A stretch of 64,000 nucleotides of DNA from Alphaproteobacteria bacterium (GCA_017467515.1 JAFUSU010000027.1:51099-115098); one strand, 5' to 3'; shown: positions 30,696 to 42,041, numbered from the stretch's first letter. Numbers and translations are program-made. The notes: generated from the letters alone by a model not told the origin.

Positions 30696-30735
30696 GGGAA
30701 ATGGCATCGTACAAAGAGGTACGTAAGCATTTCCC
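30696..30735. repeat. GTAC-box hairpin element (downstream of groEL)
   Basis: GGGGAAATG...CATTTCCCC stem around ATCGTACAAAGAGGTACGTAAG. Confidence 0.6.
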
Positions 30736-30824
30736 CTACTCGAAAAATCTGTATTAATAGCCCATTAAACGAGTTCTTAAAATACGATAGATGGCATTTC
30801 TAGTAAGATATCGAAAAAATTACG

Positions 30825-30864
30825 AAGGGAGTGTACATAAGCGTACATGACCGAATAATTTTTA
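30825..30864. repeat. GTAC-box hairpin element (downstream of groEL)
   Basis: AAAAATTA...TAATTTTT stem around GTGTACATAAGCGTACATGACC. Confidence 0.5.
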
Positions 30865-30902
30865 AGATATCTGCCCTAGAAATTCATCTTGCGCATTTTA
30901 AT

Positions 30903-32546
<1,644 letters not shown>

Positions 32547-32568
32547 TTATTCCTTTTCTCTTTATAAA

Positions 32569-32856
32569 TTACTCAACAATAGCCAAAATATCTGATTCTT
32601 TCATAATCAAACGAGGCTCTCCGTCTAATTTAATTTCCGTACCGGACCATTTGCCGAACAAAACTTTATCGCCGACTTTAACAGACATCGGGACAATCTT
32701 ACCATCTTCGGCGCGAAAACCGTTACCGATAGCTTCAACAATACCTTCGCTCGGTTTTTCTTTAGCATTATCCGGAATAATAATGCCACCGGCTGTTTTA
32801 TTAACTTCTTCTACCCGTTTGACGAGAACTTTATCGTGTAAAGGGACTATTTTCAT
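32569..32856 (-). CDS. groS: Co-chaperonin GroES
   Basis: 95 aa, [15 protein letters not shown]-terminus. Confidence 0.95.
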   Translation of the reverse strand: MKIVPLHDKVLVKRVEEVNKTAGGIIIPDNAKEKPSEGIVEAIGNGFRAEDGKIVPMSVKVGDKVLFGKWSGTEIKLDGEPRLIMKESDILAIVE

Positions 32857-32902
32857 ATCTAACTCCTTATGATTATAACATAAAACCTCATAACTGATAG
32901 TT

Positions 32903-32940
32903 TAGGTAGGGAGTCAAAAAACAAAAGTCAAGAGGAACAG
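32903..32940 (-). promoter_or_regulatory. Candidate heat-shock (sigma32-like) promoter of groESL
   Basis: On the minus strand: CTTGACT-N15-CCCTACCT, resembling CTTGAAA-N13-15-CCCCATNT. No CIRCE inverted repeat was seen. Confidence 0.3.
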
Positions 32941-33007
32941 AAAAAAAATTCTAAGTTTTTATCCTTTTACGCATTAAAAAAATAATTGTGTCAATTCCCC
33001 TTTACTA

Positions 33008-33607
33008 TTGACAAAAATAAGAACAATGCTATTTTCTAGACTGAAGAAACTATTATTAATAAAACAATTATATATGAAAAAGAGAATTCTGGAAACACTC
33101 GGCACATTTAAATATAATGCCGATGTTCAAAAAAAATTCGAGAGTATTCTCGATGTCCGCTTCGGTCACAAGTCAGATATTAAAGCTAAATTTGAAGCAT
33201 TTTTCAGTTCAGATGAAGAAATGAAAAAACTGCTCAATGAGTCCGATGAATTATTTATGGCTGAGCTCAAGCGTCTTGATCTGATGAACCTGAAACAAAG
33301 GCTCATTGACCTTAAAGGACAAAAAGAAACCGTTGTTATTGCTTATATGAAGGCGCTGGTTCAAGAAATTGAGCAGCAGGCTCTTTTCTGTCCTTCTTCT
33401 GAATTAGAGCGGACAGAAGACACTATGTTCCAACATCTTCTTGACGGAGCTGTCTATAACGATGAGCTGACAGGACTGGAAGGAATCAGCAATGAGAATT
33501 TGCGCTTGGTTTTGCAAAGCTGGGCTTTGTATCCGGAATTTGTGAAGCATCCGGAAAAATGCATTGAAATGCTGGATTGCTTCGCAATAAGCTGTATGAA
33601 ACTCTAA
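33008..33607 (+). CDS. Hypothetical protein (199 aa)
   Basis: ORF followed by a terminator; no recognisable domain; start may be at the internal Met (MKKRILETLG). Confidence 0.45.
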   Translation: MTKIRTMLFSRLKKLLLIKQLYMKKRILETLGTFKYNADVQKKFESILDVRFGHKSDIKAKFEAFFSSDEEMKKLLNESDELFMAELKRLDLMNLKQRLIDLKGQKETVVIAYMKALVQEIEQQALFCPSSELERTEDTMFQHLLDGAVYNDELTGLEGISNENLRLVLQSWALYPEFVKHPEKCIEMLDCFAISCMKL

Positions 33608-33608
33608 T

Positions 33609-33638
33609 CAAAAAGCCGCCCTCTCGGACGGCTTTTTT
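33609..33638. terminator. Bidirectional terminator between convergent genes
   Basis: A5-GCCGCC..GGACGGC-T7. Confidence 0.7.
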
Positions 33639-33640
33639 TG

Positions 33641-34375
33641 TTAGTATTTATTTTTCTTTGTCTTATCTGCACCGCATTTTACCGAAATATCGGCAAACAC
33701 ACTCATTACAAAACTGATGACAATTAAAAATGAAATAAAGACAAATGAGATAAAGAAAATCCAGGCATTCGGGAAAACAGACATCACCGGACGCGCAATA
33801 TTTGAAGCCCAACCGTCAAGTGTAAATACCTGAAGCATTGTAAATACGGCATGAGACAATGTTGAAAATTCAACAAATACACCGCCGTATAAATAAACCG
33901 ACATAATCGAAAAAACATAGAAAAAGACGGCAAAAACAGCCAACATCGCCAAAAAATTGGGAAGCAGTGTAATAAAGATATTGACGATATTTTTCAAACG
34001 AGAAAAACGATTAATATACTTCAATGCTCGGAACAAACGGAATGTTCGTAAAATAATGAAATAATTGGCAAACGGTAACGATGAAATCAAAACGACCGCA
34101 AAATCAAAAACATTCCATCCTTTTTTAAAGAAACCGATTCCGTATGCATAAATTTTCATCAGCATTTCAACAACGAAAATACCCATACATAAGCGATCAA
34201 GAACAAATAAAATTTGATCAAAACGAACATTTTTTATATCTGAGGCCATCAAACCGAGAGCCATCGCATCAATAACAATCAAAGACAAAATGAGCAAATC
34301 AAAGCTCGAGCCTTCGAGTAATTTTTTAATTTTACGTTTATCCGTTTCAACAATTTTTTTCATTATTTTACCCAC
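33641..34375 (-). CDS. Voltage-gated ion channel of the bacterial NaChBac/BacNav family (single 6-TM domain)
   Basis: S4-like segment with Arg/Lys every third residue (RTFRLFRALKYINRFSRLKNI). Pore helix and filter FTLDGWASNIARPVM, close to NaChBac FTLESWAS. Confidence 0.7.
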   Translation of the reverse strand: MGKIMKKIVETDKRKIKKLLEGSSFDLLILSLIVIDAMALGLMASDIKNVRFDQILFVLDRLCMGIFVVEMLMKIYAYGIGFFKKGWNVFDFAVVLISSLPFANYFIILRTFRLFRALKYINRFSRLKNIVNIFITLLPNFLAMLAVFAVFFYVFSIMSVYLYGGVFVEFSTLSHAVFTMLQVFTLDGWASNIARPVMSVFPNAWIFFISFVFISFLIVISFVMSVFADISVKCGADKTKKNKY

Positions 34376-34404
34376 CTTTATTAAAAAACTGCTTTTATTT
34401 TATA

Positions 34405-35118
34405 TCAGAAAAAGTAAAAAGCAAGCACAATTGCGGCAAGAGATATTGCCGGACCGAAAGCACCATCTCTCCGTCGCATAACAAAAGCAAAAACAGCAAA
34501 CAGGACCGATGCCGCTAAAATAGTATAAACAACAGGTAAAAGCCCCAACCACGCCCCGACTGCCGCCAACAATTTAATATCTCCGCCACCAAAGGCATCT
34601 TTATGTTTCCATACAATCAACACAGCTGCAGTCACCGGCAGCAAATATCCTGCGACAGCCCCTAAAGCACTCTCTATCGGAAGAACCCAAACGCCGTAAA
34701 AAGAGGAAAAAACAAAACCACCGATTAATAAAGGAACCGTAACGACATCAGGCAAAAACATTGTTTTATAGTCAATTTCAAACAACAGAAGCAGTGCCCA
34801 GAAAAAAGCCAAAACGCCCCCCAATCCCAACGGACTGAAATGGAGAGAAGCAGCATAAAACAGAACACCTCCGGCTATACCATACATAAAACTGCGCCAA
34901 AAATATGCGCCGACCAATTTTTTATAAACTTCTCGATCATGGCGCTTCGATCTTGCTACTTTCTTAACCGGCAAAATCAAACGCCAAAAAGCAACGGCAG
35001 CCGTTGCCGGCATAAATTTAGCAAATCGCCGCGCCATATAGGGAATAACAAAACCAAGTACAAAACCGTAAACTGCATAAATCATCATCGGAATTCCTTT
35101 TTGCATATAGGAATACAA
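34405..35118 (-). CDS. pilD: Prepilin leader peptidase / N-methyltransferase (A24 family, PilD-like)
   Basis: GGGDIKLLAAVGAWLG motif and polytopic membrane topology; 237 aa. Confidence 0.75.
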   Translation of the reverse strand: MYSYMQKGIPMMIYAVYGFVLGFVIPYMARRFAKFMPATAAVAFWRLILPVKKVARSKRHDREVYKKLVGAYFWRSFMYGIAGGVLFYAASLHFSPLGLGGVLAFFWALLLLFEIDYKTMFLPDVVTVPLLIGGFVFSSFYGVWVLPIESALGAVAGYLLPVTAAVLIVWKHKDAFGGGDIKLLAAVGAWLGLLPVVYTILAASVLFAVFAFVMRRRDGAFGPAISLAAIVLAFYFF

Positions 35119-35151
35119 TACCTCGGAAATATTAAAATCAATTTAAAATAA

Positions 35152-35190
35152 AAAAAGCGCCCTACACGGACGCTGAAAAAAGTTAAAAAC
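35152..35190 (-). terminator. Rho-independent terminator downstream of htpG
   Basis: On minus strand AGCGTCCGTGTAGGGCGCT followed by a T7-rich run. Confidence 0.55.
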
Positions 35191-35448
35191 TTGAGGCGGC
35201 ATCTGTACTAGAGCGGCTCTCGTTAATTTTCTCTATCAAGCCCTACTTTCCTTCAGACTTAATTTCGCTATCTTCTTTACCCAACTTATTAACAAATGCA
35301 CATGGCACGACAATCAGGCAAAAAAGAGCTAAAGCTGTGTACTCTATCATATCTTAATAATTATTTTCTGTCTAATTTTATACACCTTTATTCGAGTCGC
35401 GTCAACAACTTTTTTATTAATAAATGATTAAAAATACACAATTTTAAA

Positions 35449-37308
35449 CTAAACGGCTTTATCTGTTTCGTTTAGACCAAAAAGCATATATTCACCCATT
35501 TTTTCGGTATAAAAAGACGGATTTGTAATCGCTTCACCCTCGGCAATTTTAGCCTGATCCAACAATAAGCGCGTTATTTCTTCTATTTTTGCCTTATTTT
35601 TATCCTCGTGAATCATTTCGCTCAACTTGATTATCAACGGATGATAAGGATTAACCTCTAAGATTCGCGTGCTGGCAAAAGCAGTTTGTTGTTGGTGATT
35701 ACGCATCAATCGTTCAAGGTGAATACTCATCTGACCGTTTTCAACCGTCAAACTGACCGGACTCTTGGTTAATTTATCAGTACTTTCAACTTTGCCGACC
35801 TCTTCTTTCAAAATATCAGCCATAAAGTGAGTTAATTTATCTAAAGAGCCTTCTTCTGCTTTAGGCTCATTTCTCTCGACTTTTAAATCTTCATCGGCTT
35901 GAGAAATATGCTTAATCGCTTTTTCTTTATAAGTTGTCAGTACTTGCGGCCAAAATTCATCAATCGGATCCGTCAGCAATAAGACTTCGATTCCTTTGGC
36001 CTTAAATGCTTCCAATTGCGGATTATTCATTAACGTTTTAACATCATCTCCGGTAATGTAATAGATTGATTTTTGTTCCGGTTGCATCCGAGAAATATAT
36101 TCATCTAAAGAAGTCAGCTTCTCCGGATCATTAGTTGAAATAAAACGGGATAATTCGGCAACTTCATTACGGTTGCTCATATCTTCATAAATTCCTTCTT
36201 TAAACGCTGCACCGAAAGCACTCCAAAATTTCGCATAATCGTCAGCATTTTCGCTGCGTTTTTTGAGCTCTTTCAACAAACGGGAAACCGTTCCTTGTTT
36301 AATTTTTGCAATCAACGGACTTTGTTGCAGCATCTCTCGGGAAATATTCAAAGATAAATCTGCCGAATCAATCACCCCTTTAACAAAGCGCAAATATGTC
36401 GGCAACAACTCTTCTACCTTGTCTGAAATAAACACTTTATTGACATAAAGCTTTAACCCTTGTTTTTTATCAGGCTGGAACAAATCATACGGCTGCTCTG
36501 ACGGAATATAAAGCAAACCGGTATATTCGATATTTCCTTCTGCCTTAAAATGTAAGCGCAACCACGGATCATCAAAGTTTTTGGAAATATGATGATAAAA
36601 TTCTTTATATTGGTCATCGGTAATTTCCGCTTTATTTTTTGCCCACAATGCGGAACCGGTATTAACGGTTTCCTCTCCCGCTTTGCCTAAATCCAAAACA
36701 ATCGGATAATCAATATGATCTGAGTAAAGACGAATGATTTGACGCAAATAAATACTGTCTAAAAACTCTTTAGCATCCTCTTTTAAATACAGTTTAATAG
36801 ATGTTCCGTTACTCTCCCTTTTGGCATCCGTAATTTCAAAACCTTCAACTCCGTTTGATGTCCAGCAATAGGCTTTTTCTTCTCCGGCTTTACGGGTTGT
36901 GACCTCAACTTTTTCAGCAACCATAAACGCCGAATAAAAACCGACACCGAATTGTCCGATTAAATCCATCGCCGAGCCGTTTTCCTTAACATTTTTTACA
37001 AAATCAGCCGTGCCCGATTTTGCAATTGTTCCCAAATGAGTAATCAGGTCATCTTTATTCATACCGATACCGTTATCTTCGATCGTTAAGTTTTTTTCCT
37101 CGATATTCGGCGTGATTTTTATTTTCATTTCACCGGCTGTTTTGCCGATTTCCGGATTTGTCAAACATAAATAATGCAATTTATCGCAAGCATCGCTGGC
37201 ATTGGAAATCAGCTCACGCAAAAAGATCTGCCGTTCCGAATAAATCGAATTAATCATAATATCCAATAACTTACCGACTTCCGCCTGAAAATTAATTTTT
37301 TCGCTCAT
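35449..37308 (-). CDS. htpG: Molecular chaperone HtpG (Hsp90)
   Basis: GHKL ATPase motifs (ELISNASDA, IGQFGVGFYSAF). Start chosen at MSEKINF (ATG 37308) with GGAG 8 nt upstream; the track's longer ORF begins at 37341. Confidence 0.9.
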   Translation of the reverse strand: MSEKINFQAEVGKLLDIMINSIYSERQIFLRELISNASDACDKLHYLCLTNPEIGKTAGEMKIKITPNIEEKNLTIEDNGIGMNKDDLITHLGTIAKSGTADFVKNVKENGSAMDLIGQFGVGFYSAFMVAEKVEVTTRKAGEEKAYCWTSNGVEGFEITDAKRESNGTSIKLYLKEDAKEFLDSIYLRQIIRLYSDHIDYPIVLDLGKAGEETVNTGSALWAKNKAEITDDQYKEFYHHISKNFDDPWLRLHFKAEGNIEYTGLLYIPSEQPYDLFQPDKKQGLKLYVNKVFISDKVEELLPTYLRFVKGVIDSADLSLNISREMLQQSPLIAKIKQGTVSRLLKELKKRSENADDYAKFWSAFGAAFKEGIYEDMSNRNEVAELSRFISTNDPEKLTSLDEYISRMQPEQKSIYYITGDDVKTLMNNPQLEAFKAKGIEVLLLTDPIDEFWPQVLTTYKEKAIKHISQADEDLKVERNEPKAEEGSLDKLTHFMADILKEEVGKVESTDKLTKSPVSLTVENGQMSIHLERLMRNHQQQTAFASTRILEVNPYHPLIIKLSEMIHEDKNKAKIEEITRLLLDQAKIAEGEAITNPSFYTEKMGEYMLFGLNETDKAV

Positions 37309-37460
37309 TTTATTTACTCCATAAAAATCTTCTTTACCCATTATATAGAGAGCAAAAAATGCTTTCGCAACCTTATAACCGAAATTTTTACTTGATTTTA
37401 ATGAAAATGCCGTTAGAGTAACGGTGTTGTCTATAAAAAATTTTTTAAGGAGTGAATTAT

Positions 37461-37700
37461 ATGGTTTCCGTAGTTAATGATTCCTGCATCAAATGCAGAA
37501 CTTGCGTAAGTGTTTGTCCGGTTGACGCTTTCCACGAAGCTGAAGCACAAATGGTTATTGATCCGGATACTTGTATCGCTTGCGGTGTTTGCATTTCTGA
37601 ATGTCCTGTCAGCGCAATTTCTTCTGAAGATGAAGCTGATGCCGCTACTGTTGCATTTAACGCAGAACAAGCAAAAGTTTGCCCGAACGCAAACGACTAA
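37461..37700 (+). CDS. fdxA: 2[4Fe-4S]/7Fe-type ferredoxin
   Basis: Two CxxCxxCxxxCP clusters (CIKCRTCVSVCP, CIACGVCISECP); AAGGAG RBS 8 nt upstream of ATG at 37461. Confidence 0.8.
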   Translation: MVSVVNDSCIKCRTCVSVCPVDAFHEAEAQMVIDPDTCIACGVCISECPVSAISSEDEADAATVAFNAEQAKVCPNAND

Positions 37701-37720
37701 TCAGAAATTTTTAGAAATTT

Positions 37721-37752
37721 CACTCCACTACTCAGATAGTGGAGTTTTTTTT
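37721..37752 (+). terminator. Rho-independent terminator after ferredoxin gene
   Basis: CTCCACTA-loop-TAGTGGAG followed by T8. Confidence 0.8.
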
Positions 37753-37869
37753 GCATTTTTTTGCGATAAAGTCTTGATATTTAAAATCAAGTTGTTATTG
37801 TAAGGCAAATTTTGATTAATCACAAAACCACGACACTCGAGTTCCTAACCGTTTTCTTTCATAAATGGT

Positions 37870-37930
37870 TATGCTGCGACGGAATTTTCGAGCGCCGCGT
37901 ACAACTAGCTACGCTAGCGAGAAAATCCCT
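37870..37930. repeat. GTAC-box-like element upstream of typA (more degenerate)
   Basis: CGCGTACAACTAGCTACGCTAGCG flanked by TTTTCGAG/CGAGAAAA. Confidence 0.35.
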
Positions 37931-37962
37931 AGCATGATGACTATTTAGGAAAGAAAACAAAA

Positions 37963-39783
37963 ATGCAGATGAGGAATATTGCCATAATTGCCCACGTTGA
38001 CCACGGTAAAACGACACTTGTGGACGGGCTGTTAAGACAAAGCGGCACATTCAGAGATAATCAAAAAGTTGCCGAATGTGTTATGGATAGTAATGATTTG
38101 GAAAGAGAAAGAGGAATTACGATTCTTTCTAAATGTACCTCCGTTGATTGGCACGGCACACATATTAATATTGTTGACACTCCCGGACACGCCGATTTTG
38201 GCGGAGAGGTTGAACGCATTTTATCAATGGTTGACGGCGTTGTTTTATTGGTAGATGCTTCCGAAGGCCCGATGCCTCAAACCAAATTCGTTTTAGGTAA
38301 AGCGCTCAAAATCGGGTTAAAACCGATTGTGGTTATTAACAAAGCCGATAAGCCCGATGCTCGTGTTGATGAGGTTTTAGATGAAATTTTCGATTTATTT
38401 GTCAGCCTGAATGCCAATGACGAACAACTGGATTTCCCTGTTTTATATGCTTCCGGTCGTAACGGTTGGGCTGTTAAAGAAATGACGGATGAGAAAAAAG
38501 ACTTAACCCCGTTGTTTGAGTTAATCTTATCTTATGTTCCGGAACCGAATTGCGAACCTGATGCCCCATTTAAGATGCTTGCCACCACGTTGGAAGCTAA
38601 CAAATTTATCGGACGTCTGCTAACCGGTAAAATTCAATCAGGCACCTTACACGTGAATGATACCGTTAAAGTCTTAGACGGCAATAATCAAGAACTGGAA
38701 CGTGTTCGTATCAGCAAAATTCTGGCTTATCAAGGCTTGGACCGTGTTTCTTTAGATGTTGCTCATGCCGGAGATATTGTTGCTGTTGCCGGTGTTGTTA
38801 AAGGTACCGTGGCTGATACTTTATGCGATTTCACGGTAGAAGAAGCAATTAAAGCACAACCGATTGATCCGCCGACTTTGGCAATGACTTTTTCAATTAA
38901 CGATTCTCCTCTTGCCGGACGCGAGGGCGATAAAGTAACCTCTCGTATGATTTGGGACAGATTGTGTAAAGAGGCTGAAGGCAACATCGCCCTCAAGATT
39001 TCCCGTACCGATCAAACCGATTCTTTTGAAGTCGCCGGTCGCGGTGAGTTACAGCTCGGTGTTTTGATTGAAACAATGCGCCGTGAAGGATTCGAGCTTT
39101 CCATTTCTCGTCCGAAAGTTTTAATGAAACGCGATGAAAACGGCAATTTGTTAGAGCCGGTTGAAGAAGTTGTCATTGATGTTGATGAAGAATTTTCCGG
39201 TACGGTTGTTGAAAAACTCGGTCAAAAACGTGCCGAATTGGTTGAGATGATTCCTTCTCAGCTCGGTAATAAAGTTCGTTTAATTTTCAATGCCCCGTCA
39301 CGCGGCCTCATCGGTTATCACTCCGAATTTTTAACCGACACCCGCGGTACCGGTGTTATGAACCGAATTTTTAAAGCGTATGAACCCTATAAAGGAGATA
39401 TGATGGGGCGCCGCAACGGCGTGCTGATTTCTGCCGAAAACGGTACTGCGATTGCTTATTCGTTATGGAAATTACAAGACCGCGGTCCGATGTTTATTGA
39501 TGCCAATGTTCCGGTTTATACCGGTATGATTATCGGCGAACACACCAAATCCAATGATTTGGAAGTTAACTGCTGCAAATCTAAGCAATTAACCAACATC
39601 CGCGCCGCCGGTAAAGATGAGGCGATTGATTTGATTCCTCCGCGCAAATTGTCTTTGGAACAAGCTTTGTCCTATATTCAAGATGATGAACTCTTGGAAG
39701 TTACTCCGAAAACATTGCGTCTGCGCAAACGTATTTTAGATCCGTTAGCCCGCAAACGTGCTAAACCGGAAGTAATTGAATAA
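37963..39783 (+). CDS. typA: Translational GTPase TypA/BipA
   Basis: [16 protein letters not shown]1 motif, [12 protein letters not shown]; 606 aa. Confidence 0.95.
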   Translation: MQMRNIAIIAHVDHGKTTLVDGLLRQSGTFRDNQKVAECVMDSNDLERERGITILSKCTSVDWHGTHINIVDTPGHADFGGEVERILSMVDGVVLLVDASEGPMPQTKFVLGKALKIGLKPIVVINKADKPDARVDEVLDEIFDLFVSLNANDEQLDFPVLYASGRNGWAVKEMTDEKKDLTPLFELILSYVPEPNCEPDAPFKMLATTLEANKFIGRLLTGKIQSGTLHVNDTVKVLDGNNQELERVRISKILAYQGLDRVSLDVAHAGDIVAVAGVVKGTVADTLCDFTVEEAIKAQPIDPPTLAMTFSINDSPLAGREGDKVTSRMIWDRLCKEAEGNIALKISRTDQTDSFEVAGRGELQLGVLIETMRREGFELSISRPKVLMKRDENGNLLEPVEEVVIDVDEEFSGTVVEKLGQKRAELVEMIPSQLGNKVRLIFNAPSRGLIGYHSEFLTDTRGTGVMNRIFKAYEPYKGDMMGRRNGVLISAENGTAIAYSLWKLQDRGPMFIDANVPVYTGMIIGEHTKSNDLEVNCCKSKQLTNIRAAGKDEAIDLIPPRKLSLEQALSYIQDDELLEVTPKTLRLRKRILDPLARKRAKPEVIE

Positions 39784-39935
39784 AACGGAAACAAAAAACG
39801 ACATCAGCCTCCAAGCCTTTATCTGTAAGTCTTGGAGGTTTATTTTTGGAATAAATTGGAACATTTTGAAACATTTTGGAACATTTTGGAACGTTTCACC
39901 CTCTGGAAAGATGATGTTATTTATGATAAATATAT
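39784..39935 (+). repeat. Cassette repeat A: terminator-like hairpin (39808-39847) + conserved segment with 3x 10-bp AACATTTTGG micro-tandem
   Basis: CCTCCAAG-loop-CTTGGAGG followed by a T-run. Homologous to the repeats at 40385 and 41216. Confidence 0.8.
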
Positions 39936-40069
39936 TTATGTCTTACCACAAAAAATGCCACAAATTCACCTTTGTATAAATATGATCAACAATTGCAAAA
40001 CAATGCATATGAGTATATAAAATATAGGGCAAAACATCGTTTTGGCGGTCTATTTTAAGGATAAATTTA

Positions 40070-40384
40070 ATGAAAAAAATATCATCTACTGTAAAAAAAA
40101 CACTCATTTTTTTATTTTTAGCGTTTACAATCCCTTGGATAAATATGGCAACATTTTTTACATCTGCAAAAAATTATCTCGATGAGGAATCTCTAACTTT
40201 ACTCGAAAATGAATCTGAAACAATATATCGCCATTTTTACCTTATTTCCTTATGGGCTCTTATACTGACTTACATTATCGCCAAACAAGTCATTAATAAA
40301 AAAACAAACAAATGGCTTTGGCGAATTGTTTGGTATGTCATTACTGACATTATCCTTTTCTTTGCTTTATGCTTTCTTCCTTAA
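40070..40384 (+). CDS. Small 3-TM membrane protein, paralogue 1 of 3 (immunity-like, hypothetical)
   Basis: 104 aa. C-terminal LTYIIAKQVINKKTNKWLWRIVWYVITDIILFFALCFLP is shared with 40907 and 41414; the N-terminal half has diverged. Confidence 0.65.
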   Translation: MKKISSTVKKTLIFLFLAFTIPWINMATFFTSAKNYLDEESLTLLENESETIYRHFYLISLWALILTYIIAKQVINKKTNKWLWRIVWYVITDIILFFALCFLP

Positions 40385-40535
40385 GAAAAATAAAAAAACG
40401 ACATCACCCTCTATACCTTATAGACTAAGCTTTGAAGGTTTGTTTTTGAAACAAATTGGAACATTTTGGGACACATTAGAACATTTCCCCTACTGGAAAG
40501 ACGATCCTTTTTATGATAAATATATTTTTGTTTTG
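40385..40535 (+). repeat. Cassette repeat B (degenerate hairpin) with conserved peptide-coding stub ...LFLKQIGTFWDTLEHFPYWKDDPFYDKYIFVL
   Basis: Aligns to repeat A (39784) and repeat C (41216); hairpin arms are mutated. Confidence 0.75.
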
Positions 40536-40557
40536 ATAACTAAAAAAGGAAAATATT

Positions 40558-40896
40558 ATGCTATATCCATTACTAAAATTTTCGTTTCGACAAGGAGCTA
40601 AATACTTCGGCTTAAAAAATATTGATTCCGCAGGAATAAAAGAATTAAATAAAAAAGAAGACTATGCCATAAACGCATACCGTGATAAATCTAGCAAACT
40701 CTATAAAAACAAAAAACTGCTTAAAGAATATTACAATCCAGACCTTCCTATTGATAAAAAAGTGTCAAAATGGAATGAAAAAGACTTAATAAATGCCGTA
40801 AATTCGCCTTTATATAAATATGATAAAAACTTGCAATCTATGGCAAAGAATTATATAAAGAAAAGAGCAAAACATAGATTTAACGGATTGAAATAA
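40558..40896 (+). CDS. Lysine-rich basic 112-aa protein (hypothetical; candidate toxin/bacteriocin-like partner of the membrane proteins)
   Basis: ATG with a GGAAAA RBS-like sequence. A truncated copy of its C-terminus (..YDKNLQSMAKNYIKKRAKHRYNGLK) follows repeat C (41330-41410). A more divergent C-terminal remnant (EYIKYRAKHRFGGLF) follows repeat A (~39985-40032). Confidence 0.55.
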   Translation: MLYPLLKFSFRQGAKYFGLKNIDSAGIKELNKKEDYAINAYRDKSSKLYKNKKLLKEYYNPDLPIDKKVSKWNEKDLINAVNSPLYKYDKNLQSMAKNYIKKRAKHRFNGLK

Positions 40897-40906
40897 GGAA
40901 TATTTT

Positions 40907-41215
40907 ATGTCTAAAAAACTTTTTAAAAATATCTTACTCTTTTTGACTTTGGCTTTCACTATTCCATGGCTTAATCTGGCGGCATATTTTACCCTGTTAA
41001 TGGTTAACGCTGATAGTGAAATACAGGAAATTTTAGAAGAAGATCCCGCAACCATTTTCGAAAATTTCTACCTTATTTCTTTATGGGCTTTTATACTGAC
41101 TTACATTATTGCCAAACAAGTCATCAATAAAAAAACAAATAACTGGCTGTGGCGAATAATTTGGTACATCATTACCGATATTATCCTTTTCTTTGCTCTG
41201 TGCCTGATTCCTTAA
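40907..41215 (+). CDS. Small 3-TM membrane protein, paralogue 2 of 3
   Basis: RBS AAGGAA. The last ~45 codons are near-identical at DNA level to 41414..41725. Confidence 0.65.
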   Translation: MSKKLFKNILLFLTLAFTIPWLNLAAYFTLLMVNADSEIQEILEEDPATIFENFYLISLWAFILTYIIAKQVINKKTNNWLWRIIWYIITDIILFFALCLIP

Positions 41216-41340
41216 AAAAAAATAAAAAAAACGACATAAACCTCCAAGCCTTATCACCTAAGGTTTGGAGGTTTGTTTTTGGAACGGATTGGAACATATT
41301 GGGACACATTTGAACATTTCCCCTACTGGGAATATGATAA
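41216..41340 (+). repeat. Cassette repeat C: near-perfect hairpin (41241-41280) + conserved stub fused in-frame to a 3' fragment of the 112-aa ORF
   Basis: CCTCCAAGCCTTA-loop-TAAGGTTTGGAGG followed by TTTGTTTTT; encodes IGTYWDTFEHFPYWEYDKNLQSMAKNYIKKRAKHRYNGLK with no obvious start codon. Confidence 0.8.
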
Positions 41341-41413
41341 AAACTTGCAATCTATGGCAAAGAATTATATAAAGAAAAGAGCAAAACATAGATACAATGG
41401 GCTAAAATAGAAA

Positions 41414-41725
41414 ATGTACAACTTTTTTACAACCATTAAGAAAGCTTTTTTTCTTTTAATCACCGCCTTTATTGTAGCTTGGTTTTCAACCGGTGCTTTA
41501 TTTGCGATGTTTGAAAGCTTGGAGGATGAAGATATTCAAGCGCTTATTTCGAAAAACTTCTCTTTTGCATATATGAATATTTTTCAAGATGCAATTATTG
41601 CTTTTACGCTGACTTACATTATTGCCAAACAAGTCATCAATAAAAAAACAAATAACTGGCTGTGGCGAATAATTTGGTACATCATTACCGACATTATCCT
41701 TTTCTTTGCTTTATGTCTTATTTGA
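41414..41725 (+). CDS. Small 3-TM membrane protein, paralogue 3 of 3
   Basis: 103 aa; conserved C-terminus, divergent N-terminal loop. Confidence 0.65.
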   Translation: MYNFFTTIKKAFFLLITAFIVAWFSTGALFAMFESLEDEDIQALISKNFSFAYMNIFQDAIIAFTLTYIIAKQVINKKTNNWLWRIIWYIITDIILFFALCLI

Positions 41726-41804
41726 TAAATTTCTTTGTTTAAAGCTTGCTTTTAGACAAAATTTGTGATATATTCTCAGCTAATAGAATATTAAAAATAA
41801 ATTA

Positions 41805-42041
41805 TTGAAAAGTATGAAGAAGGTTTTATTTTACACAGTAATGTCAGCAACATTTAGCTGTGTTGCTATACTTGATTTAATTGCGTCTGTTGTAAATTTT
41901 ATAGAGCACAGATATATGGATTTTACTTTTGGAATAGGCATAACTGTTCTGGCAACATTTGCCGCCGGATATTTTGCCGGTTGTACCTCAAGAACTATCC
42001 ATAAAATAAAACAATCCGCAAAAAATCCCCGAGTTACATAA
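41805..42041 (+). CDS. Small 2-TM membrane protein, hypothetical (78 aa)
   Basis: Two hydrophobic helices. Followed by terminator AAAAATCCCCGAG..CTCAGGGATTTTTT (42021-42056). Confidence 0.45.
   Translation: MKSMKKVLFYTVMSATFSCVAILDLIASVVNFIEHRYMDFTFGIGITVLATFAAGYFAGCTSRTIHKIKQSAKNPRVT

Noticed and set aside
32857-33007. CIRCE (HrcA) operator upstream of groES
   Set aside because: No TTAGCACTC-N9-GAGTGCTAA-like inverted repeat is present; only a sigma32-like promoter candidate.
37510-37803. 97-aa ORF overlapping the ferredoxin gene in another frame
   Set aside because: The ferredoxin frame has clear Cys motifs and an RBS; this one does not.
39776-40020. ORFs 39776..39979 and 39832..40020 in the six-frame track
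   Set aside because: They are read-through translations of repeat A. The frame is broken by the 10-bp micro-tandem and there is no RBS. Treated as a remnant, not a gene.
40326-40601. ORF 40326..40601 (91 aa)
   Set aside because: It starts inside the preceding membrane-protein gene in another frame and has no RBS. Only its stub portion is conserved, so it is interpreted as repeat B rather than a gene.
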